Source: Octopus bimaculoides (lineage: Eukaryota). From it: a stretch of DNA of 52,223 nt. Below the pieces are notes generated by a model. That model worked only from the letters and a program-made list of their open reading frames with translations. It did no database searches and was not told the origin of the DNA. Every line of letters begins with the position of its first letter. The first letter of the stretch is position 1. Of this stretch, positions 49,766 to 52,223 are shown piece after piece. The stretch spans positions 15,068,719 to 15,120,941 of the forward strand of contig NC_068994.1 in assembly GCF_001194135.2 (NCBI RefSeq), read 5' to 3'. Position numbers and translations under genes: made by a program.

Positions 49766-50209
49766 GTTCGATTGATCATACAGCAAGACCTAAAATCTCT
49801 TTAGATGTGATTATGTGTAACATTTTTAGCTTTATTTTTTTGTGTGTGATAATATGCAAAATATGTTCAACTGCATTTCTCTGCACTCTACCATACATCT
49901 CTGATGACACTAATCATCTAAGGCCTATTCTATTGAATTTTGGTCTCTTAAGATTATATAGCTAGATTTGCATGACTCTTTAATAAATGATCGACTGACT
50001 TTGATGGCAGTTATTACATTAAAGAAACATTTTTTGCTTTATTTTGCTTTTATCTTTGACCTCTATATCCATCTTGCTTAGCTTCTAGATCCTATCAAAA
50101 CCAAATTTTGTTAACAAATGCCTTGTTTCTTCAAATTAAATTATATATTTTTTTATGCACTTCAAATTTAAATTATTATAAGGTGAGCTTCCATATTGGT
50201 GTGGCTATA

Positions 50210-50409
50210 TAGGCACAGTGTGATAAGAAGTTTGCTTCCCACTCACGTGGTTCTGGGTTCAGTCCCACTGTGTGGGCTCCATGGGCAAGTATTTTCTACT
50301 TTAGACCAGGGCTGACTTGAAATCTTGTCAGTGTATTTTGTAGACAGAAACTGAAAGTGTATATGTATATATGTATGTATATATATATATGTATATGTGT
50401 GTGTGTATG

Positions 50410-50446
<37 letters not shown>

Positions 50447-50640
50447 ATTTATTCATGTGTGTGTTTGTGTTTACTTCCACCACTGCTTGACAACCAATGT
50501 TGGTTTGTTTACTTTTCTCCATAACTTAGTGATTTGGCAAAAGAGTCTGATAGAATAAGTACCAGTCTTTAAACCTTGCAAGATGGTGCCCTAGTATTAC
50601 TGTAGTCCAATGACTGGAAAAAAATAAAAGAAAAGAAAAG
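50210..50640 (+). mobile_element. SINE type C with tail X
   Basis: gggttcagtcccactgtgtgggctccatgggcaagt head, microsatellite linker, tgtagtccaatgactggaaa tail. Confidence 0.82.
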
Positions 50641-50924
50641 AAGTAAAATATGTGGGTACCCAGATATATGTATGTCAGATGTATGATAAATATCTTATGG
50701 GACAGATTATTAATACACCAAGATACAAAGCCATAAACCTTGAGAATGTTTAGATTTGTTGATTCTTTACTGAGAACAGCTCCACTCTTTTGATGGGAAG
50801 AAATTTGGTTCCAATGAACCAAATACATAAAATGAAATGAATTATAAATCTTAGTTCTATATCATAAGTGACCATTTTAAAAGAAAGATAAACATTACTT
50901 TTTTCATTCTCTTTATTTATCTAT

Positions 50925-51115
50925 CCATGTCTCCACCCACTTTCTAGAAGGTTCATAGGAGTAGAGTTTTCAAACAGCAACTCCATAGTCCTATCAGAAG
51001 CAAGTGTCCTTAGACTTTCCAGCTGGATTCCCAAGCATGACCAACTGAGGACAATATCCATAGACTTAGTTCTTGGTTTACCCCTAACTCTGTACAAAAT
51101 GTTCAATTCCAACTG
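50925..51115 (-). mobile_element. RTE LINE extreme 3' fragment (same lineage as 40445-40810)
   Basis: RGKPRTKSMDIVLSWSCLGIQLE parallels RIRWFDNIHSLNWLCLGI. Confidence 0.7.
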
Positions 51116-52041
51116 CCTTGTTGTCGGTGCAAAGCTAACAACAATATAATTAGAGAGTAAATGAATAAACTCAACAAATAAGAATTGATTGCTTGAAAAT
51201 TGTATAAATTCTGCTTAGATCAGAGAACAAATCACAAGATGTGACAAAGAACTTGGATACATATAGCCAAATAATGTGAAAACAAAGCAAGTAATAACAA
51301 TCGATGCATGCACTTAATTATTGGCATACACTACTTTTCCAAAACAAAATAATAATCTTGTATATTACCTTCAACAAAAACTATTATCTTTGATTACTTA
51401 ATCATACTACCTTCATTAAAATATTTTTTTATTATGATGCATACTATAGAGTATAAGGTTAAGCTCTTGTCAAACTAATACCTTAATTAGATTTTGGTTC
51501 TTTAAATCAGTTTCACTTCAATTACATTGCTGATACCCTTATAAAATGCTTGAATATCAAAGCACCCCCTCCCCTCAAAGCTTAATATCTAGTTTTTTAA
51601 AAAAACTATTGTTTTTCCTATTCATACATTCCTTAGAGAATTTTTTTCCATGTAAATGAATAGCAATCCTACAAGGTCTCATTATATATGTATTTGAGAA
51701 TTTCCAACTGCAATTGCAAGTCTACTTTATCTTTGGACACAGTCTTACATGTGAAACATTATCCTCACTTTGAATTGATACATACAAATCAAATGAGACT
51801 GGCAACATTTATTTATAGCTAGAAAATGCAGTTCAGAGATATAACATTATGATATAATGATCAGAATGATGTGATTGGTGAGGCATCTTCTCTAAAATTT
51901 ATGGAGTAAAATGTCTGACCGATGATATTATAGTATTGTTGTGTAACCTTTAACTTAAGTATTTAATACAATTTAAATGGACTTGGTGTTCACTGTATGT
52001 ATGTATATCTGTGTGTGTGTGTATATATATATATGTGTGTG

Positions 52042-52223
52042 TGTGGCTGTGTGGTAAGTAGCTTGCTTACTAACCACATGGTTCCGGGTTCAGTCCCACT
52101 ACGTGGCACCTTGGGCAAGTGTCTTCTCCTATAGCCTTGGGCCGACCAAAGCCTTGTGAGTGGATTTGGTAGACGGAAACTGAAAGAAGCCCGTCATATG
52201 TGTGTGTATATGTTTGTGCCTGT
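52042..52223 (+). mobile_element. Young SINE type C head (runs off the window)
   Basis: gtggctgtgtggtaagtagcttgc...ggttcagtcccactacgtggcaccttgggcaagtgtcttc. Confidence 0.92.

Noticed and set aside
1-52223. CRISPR array, rRNA or prokaryotic operon
   Set aside because: No regularly spaced repeat-spacer array or rRNA-like sequence seen; the DNA is spliceosomal-intron-type eukaryotic.

Overview
AT-rich, microsatellite- and SINE-dense eukaryotic DNA with 8 N-gaps; the SINE, RTE and DD37D content looks like a coleoid cephalopod (octopus) genome (inference). The window is centred on a ~1.1 kb divergent promoter between two first coding exons. One is a KDM3/JMJD1C-family histone demethylase on the minus strand (34656-34811, 52 codons then GTAAGT). 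The other is a REEP1-4-family ER-shaping gene on the plus strand (35888-35919, MVSSLISRIV, 32 nt then GTAAGT), which is too short for the ORF track. I found no second exon for either gene, so the rest of the window is probably two very long first introns. These contain at least four tRNA-derived SINE types, RTE LINE 3' fragments, DD37D mariner fossils, hAT and piggyBac-like MITEs, local duplications and several fold-back structures. The main observation is the head-to-head KDM3-REEP pair, which from recall mirrors the human JMJD1C-REEP3 arrangement and its paralogous loci. Repeat boundaries are hand estimates unless a TSD is quoted; all database comparisons are from memory and need confirming.
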